Below are positions 25,338 through 38,114 of a stretch of 64,000 nt of DNA, in pieces; position 1 is the first letter of the stretch; the number at the start of each line of letters is the position of its first letter. The stretch is from Octopus vulgaris (lineage: Eukaryota). Below the pieces are notes generated by a model. The model was not told where the DNA came from. It did not search any database and saw only the letters and a program-made list of their open reading frames with translations. The translations under genes and the position numbers were made by a program. Location of the stretch: the NCBI GenBank assembly GCA_951406725.2, contig OX597830.1:72292001-72356000 (forward strand), read 5' to 3'.

Positions 25338-26288
25338 GTACAGACACACACACATACACACATATGCACATACACATATAGAGTTTATGAATAAACCTGA
25401 TACGGTATTTTCTAGTATTTTTATAACTAAATCGATACAATGTTTCATTTCACATATATGATGCTATTGGAGCAATCATCTGCTACAATGTCGATGAAAT
25501 AATTGCAGAATTATGCAAATAAAAAGTCTCCTTGTTAATTCTTATATGTACTGACTTCAAATAGGCACAAAGACAGCACTCTCGGGCGTGTGTATAAGGC
25601 GATTTCATCTACCTTAATGTCTAAGTGGTACTTATTTTATCCACCCCGAATGAATGAAAGACAAAAAATGACTTCAGCGGAATTTGAACATGGAGGAAAT
25701 GCCGCTAACAATTTTAGCAGGAGTACAAACGATTCTGTTAGTTCGCCACCATAATCTTTATATGTATTTATGTTTGTTTTTACGTAGCGCAAGAATGTTG
25801 ATAATATTACATTAAAGAGAAGATTTACTCAAAACCGTATGCAGTGCTCATAAATAATTTATTTTATGCGAGGAAGCTGTTCAAAATGACTTCGAATTTT
25901 AAGATTCCTAGACTTTATCGGAAAATCAAATAAGATCTAAGTGGCCGAGGCTTCGAAGGATAATAAATGTAAATATGCAAAGAAAGTATGGCATAGATGG
26001 TTACAAATATTATCATCTAACGTATACCCAGATCAACCCTTTTAAAAGAGGAGAATTTCTCTGAGAAAAGTGTCTACTTTGGAATTCAGATTTAAAAGTA
26101 TTAATTAGGGGCAATAATATCTATGCGAATATAACAGAAGGATATTGGGGAATCGCATTTGACTCATACAAAATAGATAGGCAAACCATTACATATTATA
26201 TATGCCTGTATGGGTATATGTACATATATGTGTGCGTATGTCTTTGTGTAGGTGAGAGACTGTAGGTATGTGTATATGATAGAAATTA

Positions 26289-26327
<39 letters not shown>

Positions 26328-26401
26328 CACACATATACATACATATACACTTATACATGGTTGTGTGGGTGTATATGTTTGCATATATATATATGTATAT
26401 A

Positions 26402-26457
<56 letters not shown>

Positions 26458-27018
26458 CATTCATTTACATATACATACAGACACGCACGTACGTATATTC
26501 ATGTATATATGCATGTATATACCACAATAAAAAATTCTTCAATTCTTCAAACCAGCTGTTACATGTTTCATAATACTAACATCCAAAAGTTCTTGGTTAA
26601 TCATACGGACTGGAATTTAACAGTATCGCACCTAGTATTATCAGAACCATTAAAAGTCACGAAAGGCTGGCTTCTCCATCGTTTGAAGCAGGATCAGTTT
26701 TCACAATTATCATCTTGCTAAAAGTATTAAATAATTTCGCTTATCAGATCTGTTGACAACTTAGTCAGTAAGTCATTTATACTCTTACGTCGCTCTATGT
26801 CTGCCTATGTATGCTACTATGCGTTTCTTCACGTGTGTTGAGATATACATATGTTTGTGTACAAGTATTTTGGGAGCATGTATGTATATATATACATATA
26901 TATATATATATTTGTATGTGTATATACATGTATACATATATATATATATGTATGTATATATATATATACATATAAATATATATGTGTGTATATTTATGTA
27001 TAGATAGATATGTGTATG

Positions 27019-27081
<63 letters not shown>

Positions 27082-27140
27082 ATATATATATATTATATAC
27101 TGTTGGATACTGCTTTTCATTCATTGGACTTTTCCCTCTC

Positions 27141-27180
27141 TCCTTTCTGATGAAGAACTATACTCGAAACGTCAAAAACT
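27141..27180 (+). ncRNA. Minimal type-I hammerhead ribozyme motif in a (TA)-flanked element (about 27100-27290)
   Basis: ttt CTGATGA agaactatactc GAAA cGTC aaa: canonical core and GUC triplet; stem II imperfect. Confidence 0.65.
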
Positions 27181-27355
27181 CTCTTTATTTATCGAGCATC
27201 AAGCTAATACGTTGTTTGTGCAAGTTCTCTTGTTGTCTGGTAATTACATTATTTGTTTGTTTGGATTGATCGTTTATATGAATTGACTATATATATGTAT
27301 ATATGTGTGTGTGTGTGTGTGTGTGCTTGGGTGTGTATGCATGTATGCATATTAT

Positions 27356-27478
<123 letters not shown>

Positions 27479-27712
27479 CATAAATATTTATATATTTGTA
27501 TATACGTTTCACATTTTTGCTGTTCGATAAAAGAGACCGATAGAATACATAGAGGGCACAATATCATTTACACTGGAGATGGTGTGTTAGACTTACCACT
27601 CAAAGATTTACCCCAGCAGGTTCACAGTGACAAAATGACTGAAAAAATGAATATATATATGTTTTGTTTTTTTGTGTGTGTATGTGTGTGTACTGATATA
27701 TAATTATATAAA

Positions 27713-28537
27713 TAGAATTATATTAAAGTGTGCAGATAAACTCCACCAAAACGTTGAAAATATATACCAAATGGCTCTAAAAACCACACCAGCAATCCGT
27801 TAGCACTGGTTGTAAGAGATGAATAAATAAGATTTGTTAAAAAGGGTTAATTATAGACCGGTTTCTGGCTGAGAGATGTAAAATTCTCTGCTCTCATCCG
27901 TACCAGATGCCCATAATATATTAATACATACCCATACGAACAACATATATGCGCACGAATGTATACATGCATTCACATGGATACACTAGTTAAATCTAGT
28001 TTATTAATCTCAACCACTTGCATTTATGATCAAAATAATACCGCAGTGAATATAATTTTATCAGGAGTAAAAATATCTATTTATACATAAATAAGGATAA
28101 AACTATTTTAATGATTCCATCAAATGGCCAGCGTGTAATAAAACCATGCAGGTGACAATTTATACTAATATATAATCATACAAATATAATTATATTAAGG
28201 TGTGAGGATAAGCACCACCACCACGCTAGAAATAGACGCCAAATGGCTCTAAAACCATTTCAACACTCCGTTAGCACAGGTTGTAAGCGAGTAGATGAAT
28301 AATTACGATTTTTTAATAACAGGTTAATTAGAGATCGATATCTGGCTTAGGGATGTTAAACACTCTGCTGTCATCAGTATAATATGCCCATAGTATATAA
28401 ATAGAAATACTTATACATACCCATGCGAACGACATATATTTGCACGAATACATACATATATTCGCATTTATACACTAGTTAAATCTTATTTATTCATCTC
28501 AACCACGTGCATTTACGATCAAAATAATATCGCCGCA
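27713..28537 (-). mobile_element. Diverged tandem repeat (about 472-bp unit, about 1.7 copies), each unit with a hammerhead-like motif on the minus strand
   Basis: Units start aattatattaa.gtgtg at ~27715 and ~28187 and share ccaaatggctctaaaa, ccgttagcac.ggttgtaag and tacactagttaaatct. Confidence 0.75.
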
Positions 28538-28539
28538 CG

Positions 28540-28930
28540 TGAGTGGATTTGATAATCGAAACCTGAAAGACATCCGTCCTATATGTGTGTGTTTGTTAGC
28601 GTGAGCTCGGTGTGTGATGCGTGTGTATGCGTATGGTGTGTCTGTATGTGTACGAATGTGTTATGTGTGCGAATGTGCGTGTCTGTGTGCGTGAGTGAGT
28701 GAGTGTGTTTATGTCTTTGCGTTTGTGTCTGCCATTTTCCAACACATGACAGCGTGTGTTGGCTTGTTTATGACTCAGTAACTTAGCGGTTCGGCAACAA
28801 AGCCCCCAGAGAGTAAGTATCATACTTTAAAGATTTTAATTATTGGTGTCGATTTCTTTCACTAAAGTCCTTCAAGGCCGTACCCTAATATAGCTGCAAT
28901 CGTGTGGTTGAAACACGTGAAGGAAAAGAC
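28540..28930 (+). mobile_element. Old SINE family B copy, 5'-truncated
   Basis: gtgagtggatttg...gtaacttagcggttcggcaa. Confidence 0.7.
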
Positions 28931-29361
28931 GAAAAAACATCAATGACCACTGAAATTTGTTGCAAAGTATAAGATCACATCTGCGAAAAACCATATCATT
29001 ATAGTTTATAATACTGCAAAGCACTAGATTTGCTGGAAATTGATGTAAACCTTAAAAAAATAATAACTAAAATGAGACTTAAATCCTAAATGTGAGTCGA
29101 AGGATGCACTTCTGTATTTTTTCAAATGAATCTGTCAAATTCTTATCGATTTTTACTCTTATCTATAATGAATTTTCACAATACTTGTGATATATTCTGA
29201 ATACTTGCGTCTATGCGTACATACATACGTACATACATAGATACATATATACTTACATACATATATACATAAAAGCACGCAAATAAACACAATTTATATA
29301 TACATATATTTATATAAATATAAATACATATATATATACATATACATTCACCCATTTATAC

Positions 29362-29401
<40 letters not shown>

Positions 29402-29557
29402 CATATATAATACAAATAATATATATATAACATATCAAATATGTATAATACGTATGTTTACGTATGTGTGTACGTATGTGTATACATAAATTCATAAATG
29501 TATATATGCATATCTGTATATTTGTGTGTTTGTGTCAGTGCTTATATTTCTATAAGG

Positions 29558-29631
<74 letters not shown>

Positions 29632-29649
29632 CCTATCTATCTATCTATG

Positions 29650-29850
29650 TTACCGTATATGTATCATTGGCGATTTTCTTTCGCCGTCTTCCCTTCCTTG
29701 GACCTTTCCTTTTTCTATGTTTCTGACGAACACCTCCGCTCGAAACGTTAAATGCTCCTTTATCTTTCCTTTCCTGAGCGTCCAATAACACAATACTTGT
29801 TGCACGTCCTCGCGTTGTTGTGTTTTCTCTTTGTTCATATTTGGATTAAG
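29650..29850 (+). mobile_element. Second copy of the 19100-19300 hammerhead-bearing element
   Basis: High identity. CTGACGA..GAAACGTT core retained; stem II 5' strand mutated (cacc versus gagc). Confidence 0.75.
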
Positions 29851-29897
<47 letters not shown>

Positions 29898-30062
29898 AAA
29901 TCGAACATAAATAAACGCAGAAATATATGAACATAAATTTTAAAATTAACTCAAATAAGTGCGTTATTTCTACTGATATAAATCAACGTATTCGACCAGA
30001 GAACCACTTACACTGTCTATATAGTAAGTACTTGAAGGTCACTCTTCCATGTAAATATATAT

Positions 30063-30094
<32 letters not shown>

Positions 30095-30590
30095 ATAGAT
30101 ATATGCATACATACAGAGTCACACAGACTTGGACACAAAAGAGACAACATATGTGGATTATTTTTGTCTTCAAAGCCTTCTTTTTTTTACCCACTCTTAA
30201 TATTTTATCATATCATCATTCTATAACTATGAGTACAGTGACGTATCGCATGTCTAGACGTGTTTGATATTATCATCATAGGGAGAATGACCTCACTTTA
30301 TAATCGTTCTTCCAAGCGAAAGATGCAGAGATGTTTACTATGATAGAGAATAGAAAATAGACGTATATTTTTCACCTCATATAAAAAGAATATGAGTAAA
30401 AAAAAAGAATAAATACCAGATAAATGCAATAGTAATACTTGATAAAGTAGTTTATACAAACATTGATGCAAAGTCACATTCCAATACATACATGCATACA
30501 CACACATACACATACACACGCACACACACACACACACGCAAATATATATATATGTATGTAGTATGTATGTAGGTATATATATATGTATAC

Positions 30591-30652
<62 letters not shown>

Positions 30653-30708
30653 ATTCATACATGTATATATATACGCATATGTATAATTGTGTGTATGTAT
30701 GTATGTAC

Positions 30709-30739
<31 letters not shown>

Positions 30740-30804
30740 TAGAGAGAGAGAGAGAGTGAAAGTGGGATAAATATATCTAGACACATACACATATATACAG
30801 ACAT

Positions 30805-30852
<48 letters not shown>

Positions 30853-31959
30853 AAAGGATATGTTATAATACTATTCCAGATACACAAATAGATCCATACC
30901 AACAATCCTCTATCATCAGCTGCCCCACAGATATCATTATGATTTCGACCCCTGTGCAGTATCATTCAATCAGGGGTGTATCAACAGCACTAAAATAAGT
31001 GTTATTTGGGAACAACCTTACCAAAGAAACTACAACATTCAAACACATTTACCCTATGTACAACAGCATCGATAAATAAATTCAATAAGTAGATTACAAC
31101 GAAACTTCGATAGGTAACTAAATGGCGACCAATCCATTAAGTCATACAAAAATTATATTCCCAACTGTCTTCCATAATATAATGTAAAAGTGAAAGCTAA
31201 ATAGCAAAATTCATTCATTCTAAATATAGGCTGAATTAAACAGTAGCTTTAAAATTAAACTATAACAAAGAAACACATAAATTTATGCGCATATGTATGG
31301 GTATTAATAATAAACATACAATAACTAAATTATATACTAAATAGCAACCTAAGTACATATAAATGATAATCCACCAGTCTTCCATAGTTACTACTATAAT
31401 AAAAAAAAAGTGAAAGCTATATATTCAATTCTCTCCAAAACAAAACACAATTGAATTAAATTTAACGAATAATATAATAATTATGAGTGAAATGCATTAT
31501 TTCATAATACAAAAGTTAATAATAAAACACTACATACTACATATATATTACCCTTACAAGCTTTAATGTAAATTACCAGTAACTAATAGAGACATTAAAT
31601 GCTATCATATAGGTACTAATAAATGTATACTTGTAATTAACTATTATTATGAAACCTTACTACGATCAAAGCTAAATTAAAACTGTTAAAAATTTAATAT
31701 AACTACAAAGAATTGCATGTATTTTCAAACCTCTTTTACGTAAAAGACTATCTTAACTATAGATGTCGTAGTACTTAATTAATTCTTGCTCTATTGTTTC
31801 AAACAATTTTGGTGACGTAGTGAGCAAATAACTTGAATCATAAACTTTCCAAATCTTTAGAAATATTGCCGAAGTTGAAGATTAGATACTACCCCATATT
31901 TATTTAAAATTTCAAGTCTCCCACCTAATAGCGATTAAAAGTTTTAATTAATTTACCAT

Positions 31960-32370
31960 ATACTTTTTTACTCTTTTACTTGTTTCAGTCATTTTGACTG
32001 CGGCCATGCTGGAGCACCGCCTTTAGTCGAGCAAATCGACCGCGGGACTTATTTTTTGTAAGCTCAGTACTTATTCTATCGGTCTCATTTGCCGAACCGC
32101 TAAGTGACGGGGACGTAAACACACCAGCATCGGTTTCAAGCAATGCTAGGGGGACAAACACAGCAGACACACAAACACACACATACATATATATATATAC
32201 ATATATACGACAGGCTTCTTTCAGTTTCCGTCTACCAAATCCACTCACAAGGCATTGGTCGGCCCGAGGCTATAGCAGAAGACACTTGCCGAAGGTGCCA
32301 CGCAGTGGGACTGAACCCGGGACCATGTGGTTGTTTAGCAAGTTACTTACCACACAGCCACTCCTACGCC
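31960..32370 (-). mobile_element. SINE family B full copy inserted near the 3' end of the Penelope-like ORF
   Basis: Reverse complement of the family B consensus. Confidence 0.92.
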
Positions 32371-33429
32371 TATATATATATCTATACCATTGTTTTACTA
32401 AATGTCTTAACATTTATTTATTCTTTCTAAAACTTTATTAGCATTATAGTACTATAGCAATTGTACTCTATCTAACAATTTGCCCTGCAAAAACACCATA
32501 ACTAATAAAAGAAGGAATTCTACTACTGAACAATGGTATTGAAGCCACTTGGAAACCAAAATCTGTTTTAATATAAATGTCAGTACTTATTTCATTATTA
32601 TCCTTAATTACTAAACTAACATGTCAATAATTAATATTGCTTATATCGTTACCATTTCTGGTGGTTATAAGCTCACTAGGGTATATTTTTCTGAGTATAA
32701 GTACAAAGAAACCATAACTAAGTATGAATATATCATTTATGTATCTGCAGCATCCATTAAGTTGCTTAAGTAAACCAGTCTTTTTCGTCGAACATACGTC
32801 TTTAAGAAAAAGGAACTCGCATGAAAAAAGTCCGCCAACAGAGGGCTACAATTGCTGCCAATTGGAATTCCCCTAATCTGCTCAAACACCCTACTCGCAA
32901 ACATTACAAACGAATTATTTATAATAAAACTAATCATTTCTTTAATCGTTCTTTTACTTACATCAGTATATCCCTAATAACAATAATTAGAGAAAAAACC
33001 TTTACCATTCTTTAAAGATATACATTTATATCCTTTATTAAAAATTATATCTAATATTCTAAAAATACCATCTTCCACACATATCAGATTCAAGTTCGTA
33101 TATTGTGTCGAAAAATCATACACATTCATACTCTTACATTTGATCAGTCTATCGGAGTATTAGTTCATCTAATACTCCGAAAGTGATTAATTCCTGAACT
33201 GTTATAAATTTTATTACAATATTATTTTTAAATATGTTCTAATAACTTTTAAAGCATCATTAATTAATATAGATAGCTGTTTATTTGTACAATTACTAGC
33301 TCCTGCTATGAATCTACATTTAAAAAGAACTTTATGTAGTTTAGAAATCCAAAACAGTTTAGGGTTATTTATATCCTTTTCTTCCACTTCTAAACCACTC
33401 AAATTTTTTCTGTCGGTGTAAGTTTATTA

Positions 33430-33596
33430 GTGGAGACACATGGCCTAATGGTTACAAATTTCTCCCACTCTTTCCTCCTGCATCTTGCAGCTCACCTGCG
33501 ACGGATCGGCGTCCCGTCCAGGTGGGGAACCTATACGCCAAGGAAACCGGGAAACCGGCCCTTATGAGCCAGGCGTGGTTCGAGAAGGAACAAACA
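33430..33596 (+). mobile_element. Short mosaic SINE (partial tRNA head, family-C-like body, family-D-like 3' module) inserted in the Penelope-like RT
   Basis: GTGGAGACACATGGCCTAATGGTTA head; tttctcccactctt; ggcgtcccgtccaggtggggaac..tacgcca.gaaaccgggaa. Flanks taagtt(c)tatta. Confidence 0.75.
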
Positions 33597-33979
33597 TAAG
33601 TTCTATTAACTAACTCATTAACATTTTCTGGTATAACTTTGTATGCGTTATTACCTATAAACTTAAATTCCTTATCCACTCCTAACTCTTTACCTATAAC
33701 CGTCATATAATATTTTTTACTAATTACTACAAAATTCCCTGCTGTTGTATCTGCTAGTACTATTACATAATTTTTATATAATACATATAAGTATTCTTTA
33801 ACTAGTGGTTTATTCAAAACTGAATCGTTCCTTATCCACTTATATTTCTTTAAATGTTTAACTACCATATAAGTTAATTTGCTAACCCAGCTATTGGACT
33901 CCTCCAATTTAACCTTATATTTGAGGTTTAATTAAACTATGAATTCATTAATGGCTTTTAATATAACTTTCTTTAAATT

Positions 33980-34299
33980 AAGGAGATGTACTTGCATAGC
34001 GAGTGACTTGATCTGAGATCGTGTGCTGGAAGGAAAACAATTGCAACGTGGAAGGTGTTTATAAGCCATTTAAGAAACACACAAAACCGTTAGATTCACT
34101 TCAACATTTAAATTTAATTTGTCAAAATTTAATTAGTCAAAATTTAATTTGGCAACACGAAGCTTTGTCAGTGGACAGGTCGCGGTCTCAAAGCAACGAA
34201 AATATTTTGAAAAATTAAATTTAAATGTTGAAGTGAATCTAACGGTTTTGTGTGTTTCTTGAATGGCTTATAAACACCTTCCACGCTGCAATTGTTTTC
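33980..34299. mobile_element. Foldback element with about 96-bp inverted arms and a 12-bp flanking direct repeat
   Basis: Arms 34033-34128 and 34204-34299. tttctttaaatt at 33968-33979 and 34296-34307. Confidence 0.8.
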
Positions 34300-35035
34300 T
34301 TTAAATTGTATTTATTAATCTTACCTTGTTCTCTTTTTCCTTTTTCCCTTTTATTCATAATCTCCCGTAGTTCCTTATTTTTTCTAATATCTAAATTTCC
34401 TGTATAAACGTGCCTTGTTTCTTTATAACAAAATTTCGAATTATCACATTTACAATCTTCTAAGTATATTTCTTTCAAATTTTCAAGGCACTGAAGTAGA
34501 AGACACTTGGTCAAGATGCCACGCAGTGGGAATGAACTCGGAACCATGTGGTTGGTAAGCAAATTACTTACCACATAGCCACTCCATATCTTTTACTACA
34601 TATCTTTCACATCTTCCCTGCAGGGAGAAGAGAATCTTTTCACTGACCCAGAGACAAATCTACTTCGCGAAAGAAGGTTGGTATACTTGGAGTTCTGCTG
34701 TTAGTTCTATGTCGTTTACACAAAGCAGAAACCGTAAAAATGGAGCAAGCGACCGCGAAAAGATTTTCTCCACAGGATCGATGTGGTTTTTTTTTGTTGT
34801 TGATTTGCTTTCAATGATCTTGGAATCTAATAAGACAATCGCATGCATATTTTTCATATATGCATACAGACACGAACACAGATACACGCACAATTGCACG
34901 CATATCCACATGCATGCACACACACATACATGCATACATATACTCAAACATACATATATACACACATACACCCAACCAGTTAGAGAAATGAATAGAAACA
35001 TACATATACATGTATACATATGTGTATTTAGGTGA

Positions 35036-35086
<51 letters not shown>

Positions 35087-35113
35087 GTATATATATATCT
35101 ATGTATATATATG

Positions 35114-35169
<56 letters not shown>

Positions 35170-35195
35170 GTGAGTGTGTGTATATACATATATAA

Positions 35196-35236
<41 letters not shown>

Positions 35237-36196
35237 ATATATGTGAGTGTATATATATATATATATATGCATATATATAAATATGTATACATATGCGTGT
35301 GTGCATTCATATGTATATGTGTGCATGTGTGTAGTTTTATATCCGAAATGAGACACAGAAAGCAATCGTGTATGTATGAGTGTTTGAATCTCCATGTGTC
35401 ATGTATATTAATTTTGATACGGAATGAGAAGTGTGGATGAGGTGGGTAAGCATTTCACTTCAAAGCTTTCATTTTGAAAGCTCTATGATTCATACGTGCA
35501 ATAATAATGTGTAATATACATACATGTTTGAAGCTATGTCTGAGGATGTTCAAGGGAATTGTACTGACGTTGAGACAGTATATCTTAGACAATTAAGATA
35601 ATGGACTAATATCTTTGAAACAACAGTAAAAATAACAACAAAAGCAACAATAAGGACGAAAGAAAATCAAAATAACAACAAATTCAAAAGCAAAAATAAC
35701 ACAACCATTGACTTTAATTAAGTGAGGACAGAAACAACACCGCCTGCAACAGCGGAATTTAAAATAAAATGAAGTAATCAACAACCCAATCAAAGATACA
35801 AAATTAAATAAAATCATCATTAATTTAATGAATAGTGAAAGTAAAGCAGCAAAAAGAAAAGAAAATATTGGAGTTAAAGTAGAAGTTATAAAATTCTTCT
35901 CTGAAGAATTCCTGAACCAAACTTTGAGAAACTAACAGAAACTAAGCTCCTATATTAACCAGCCTGTCGTCGTCGATAGCAAGATATCGATTACGTCACG
36001 TGATATGCCATTCTTCATCCATCTGGTGGCTTGTGTCTGCTCCTTGAGAGCAAATAATCACCCAATAAATCTTCGTATCGAAACTCAATCGTTAATTCTT
36101 CGTGTTAATATTATTAAAACAAAAGGAGTGGAAGATTACAGATCCGGAGGCATAAACTAGGCAACGTACATATAAACATATATATATATTTATGTA

Positions 36197-36252
<56 letters not shown>

Positions 36253-36340
36253 TGTATACATATATACATATATACATGTATATGTGTATGTGTATTTATA
36301 TATATGCATATATGTATACACACACATATGTATATATATA

Positions 36341-36406
<66 letters not shown>

Positions 36407-36489
36407 CTGCGCCTGACTGCACATCACCATATCTAATTAACAATCATTACTATCATTATTAATAATAGTGAAGTAGGTATTGTCTTTAT

Positions 36490-37190
36490 TAACATCACTA
36501 ACACCACCACCTCCACCACCACTACTACTGCCACCACCACCACCACCATTATCATCATCTTCATCGTCACAAGTAGCAGCAGTGGCCGGAGTGGAAGTCA
36601 TTACTGCCCTACCTACAGGAACCACCACGATCATCTTTTACTAAATGTCACCATACGCCTGAAGTCGCATCCTGTACAAGGTCTAACTGATCACCAACAC
36701 AACCACCACCATCATCTTCATCGTCTTCATCATCATCATCGTCGGCATCATCGTCATCATCATCATCGTCATCATCGTCGCCGTCGTCGTCGTCATCATC
36801 ATCATCATCACCATCATCCTCAACACCATCATCATAGTCGTCGGCGGTGGCGTGGGTGCTGTTCTTGTCGACTTCATTAGTATCAGATTTCATGCCACTT
36901 TGTTATCGCTATTGTAAGTTTTTAATTAATACCCTCACCGAAAATTCTAGCATGAATATAATCACTATCGTCGTCGTCCTCATACTTCCCCTCCTATTCC
37001 CCTCTTCATCATCATCATCAACATCATCATCATTGTTTGCCAGTGTGCAGATTGCCGTAATCAAATCAAAACCTACCATGATGGTTGTCATCGTTATCAG
37101 CAGTTGATGCTAATGAATGGATTGATAGTAATTACAACTACTACTACTATTACTACTACTACTATAATTATTGATGATGATGATCATGTT
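36490..37190. repeat. Degenerate trinucleotide-rich region (CAC/CAT/CGT/CTA)
   Basis: Read directly; no long non-repetitive ORF. Confidence 0.85.
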
Positions 37191-37249
37191 GATGTGTGAT
37201 ATTGATAATTATAGCAGGACTAACGATGATAACATCTCAGTACTTCAGT

Positions 37250-37480
37250 ACCTATTTCTTTACTACCCACAAGGGGCTAAACACAGCGGGGACAAACAAG
37301 GACAGACATAGGTATTAAGTCGATTACATCGACCCCAGTGCGTAACTGGTACTTAATTTATCGACCCCCGAAAGGATGAAAGGCAAAGTCGACCTCAGCG
37401 GAATTTGAACTCAGAACGTAACGCAGACGAAATACCGCTAAGCATTTCGCCCGGCGTGCTAACGTATCTGCCAGCTCGCC
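37250..37480 (-). mobile_element. SINE family A full copy
   Basis: Reverse complement of the family A consensus. Confidence 0.9.
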
Positions 37481-37705
37481 GAGTACCTCAGTTCCAAAAT
37501 AATGGATAACATTGTTATTCTCGGTGTGATTTGAACTGAAAACGTAGAGTAACATTACTCAGTAATTTGAGTCATTTTGCTCTATGCCGAACCAGCCTTA
37601 ATTTACTCCTCTCAAGGATCAATGCATGGAATCCAGTATGTGTCATACAAAACAGGTTAGAGAAAATGTGGCGGTGTATATTATTCATTTGGCCGGAACT
37701 GGTGG

Positions 37706-38070
37706 AAGTACTCCGTCGGTTACGACGATGAGAGTTCCGGTTGATCCGAATCAACGGAACAGCCTGCTCGTGAGATTAACGTGTAAGTGGCTGAGCACTC
37801 CACAGACTCGTGTACGCTTAACGTAGTTCTCGGGGATATTCAGCGTGACACAGAGAGTGACAAGACCGGCCCTTTGAAATACAGGTACAACAGAAACAGG
37901 AAGTAAGAGTGAGAGAAAATTGTGGTGAAAGAGTACAGCAGGGATCACCACCATCCCCTGCCGGAGCCTCGTGGAGCTTTAGGTGTTTTCGCTCAATAAA
38001 CACTCACAACGCCCGGTCTGGGAATCAAAACCGCGATCCTATGACCGCGAGTCCGCTGCCCTAACCACTG
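37706..38070 (-). mobile_element. SINE family C copy with a clipped head
   Basis: Near-identical to 5173-5555. Confidence 0.9.
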
Positions 38071-38114
38071 ATTTGGCTGGAACAAACATCATATAATAAA
38101 GTAGTTTTAAAATT

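Larger units (their letters stand above)
31850..34490 (-). pseudogene. Decayed Penelope-like element reverse transcriptase (Naiad/Chlamys-type), interrupted by nested insertions
   Basis: Collinear minus-strand motifs: CKCDNSKFCY...HVYTGNLDI..NKELR; YVIVLADTTAGNFVVISKKYY; PKLFWISKLHK..KCRFIAGASNCTNKQLS; YDFSTQYTNL; EQIRGIPIGSNCSPLLADFF; RYINDI (YIDD site); IYPSEL; DFGFQV..PLFSSRIPSFISYGVFAGQIVR. Confidence 0.88.

Noticed and set aside
36437-37107. Asp-, Gly- or Ser-rich ORFs
   Set aside because: Trinucleotide repeats with stops in the flanks and no recognisable domain.
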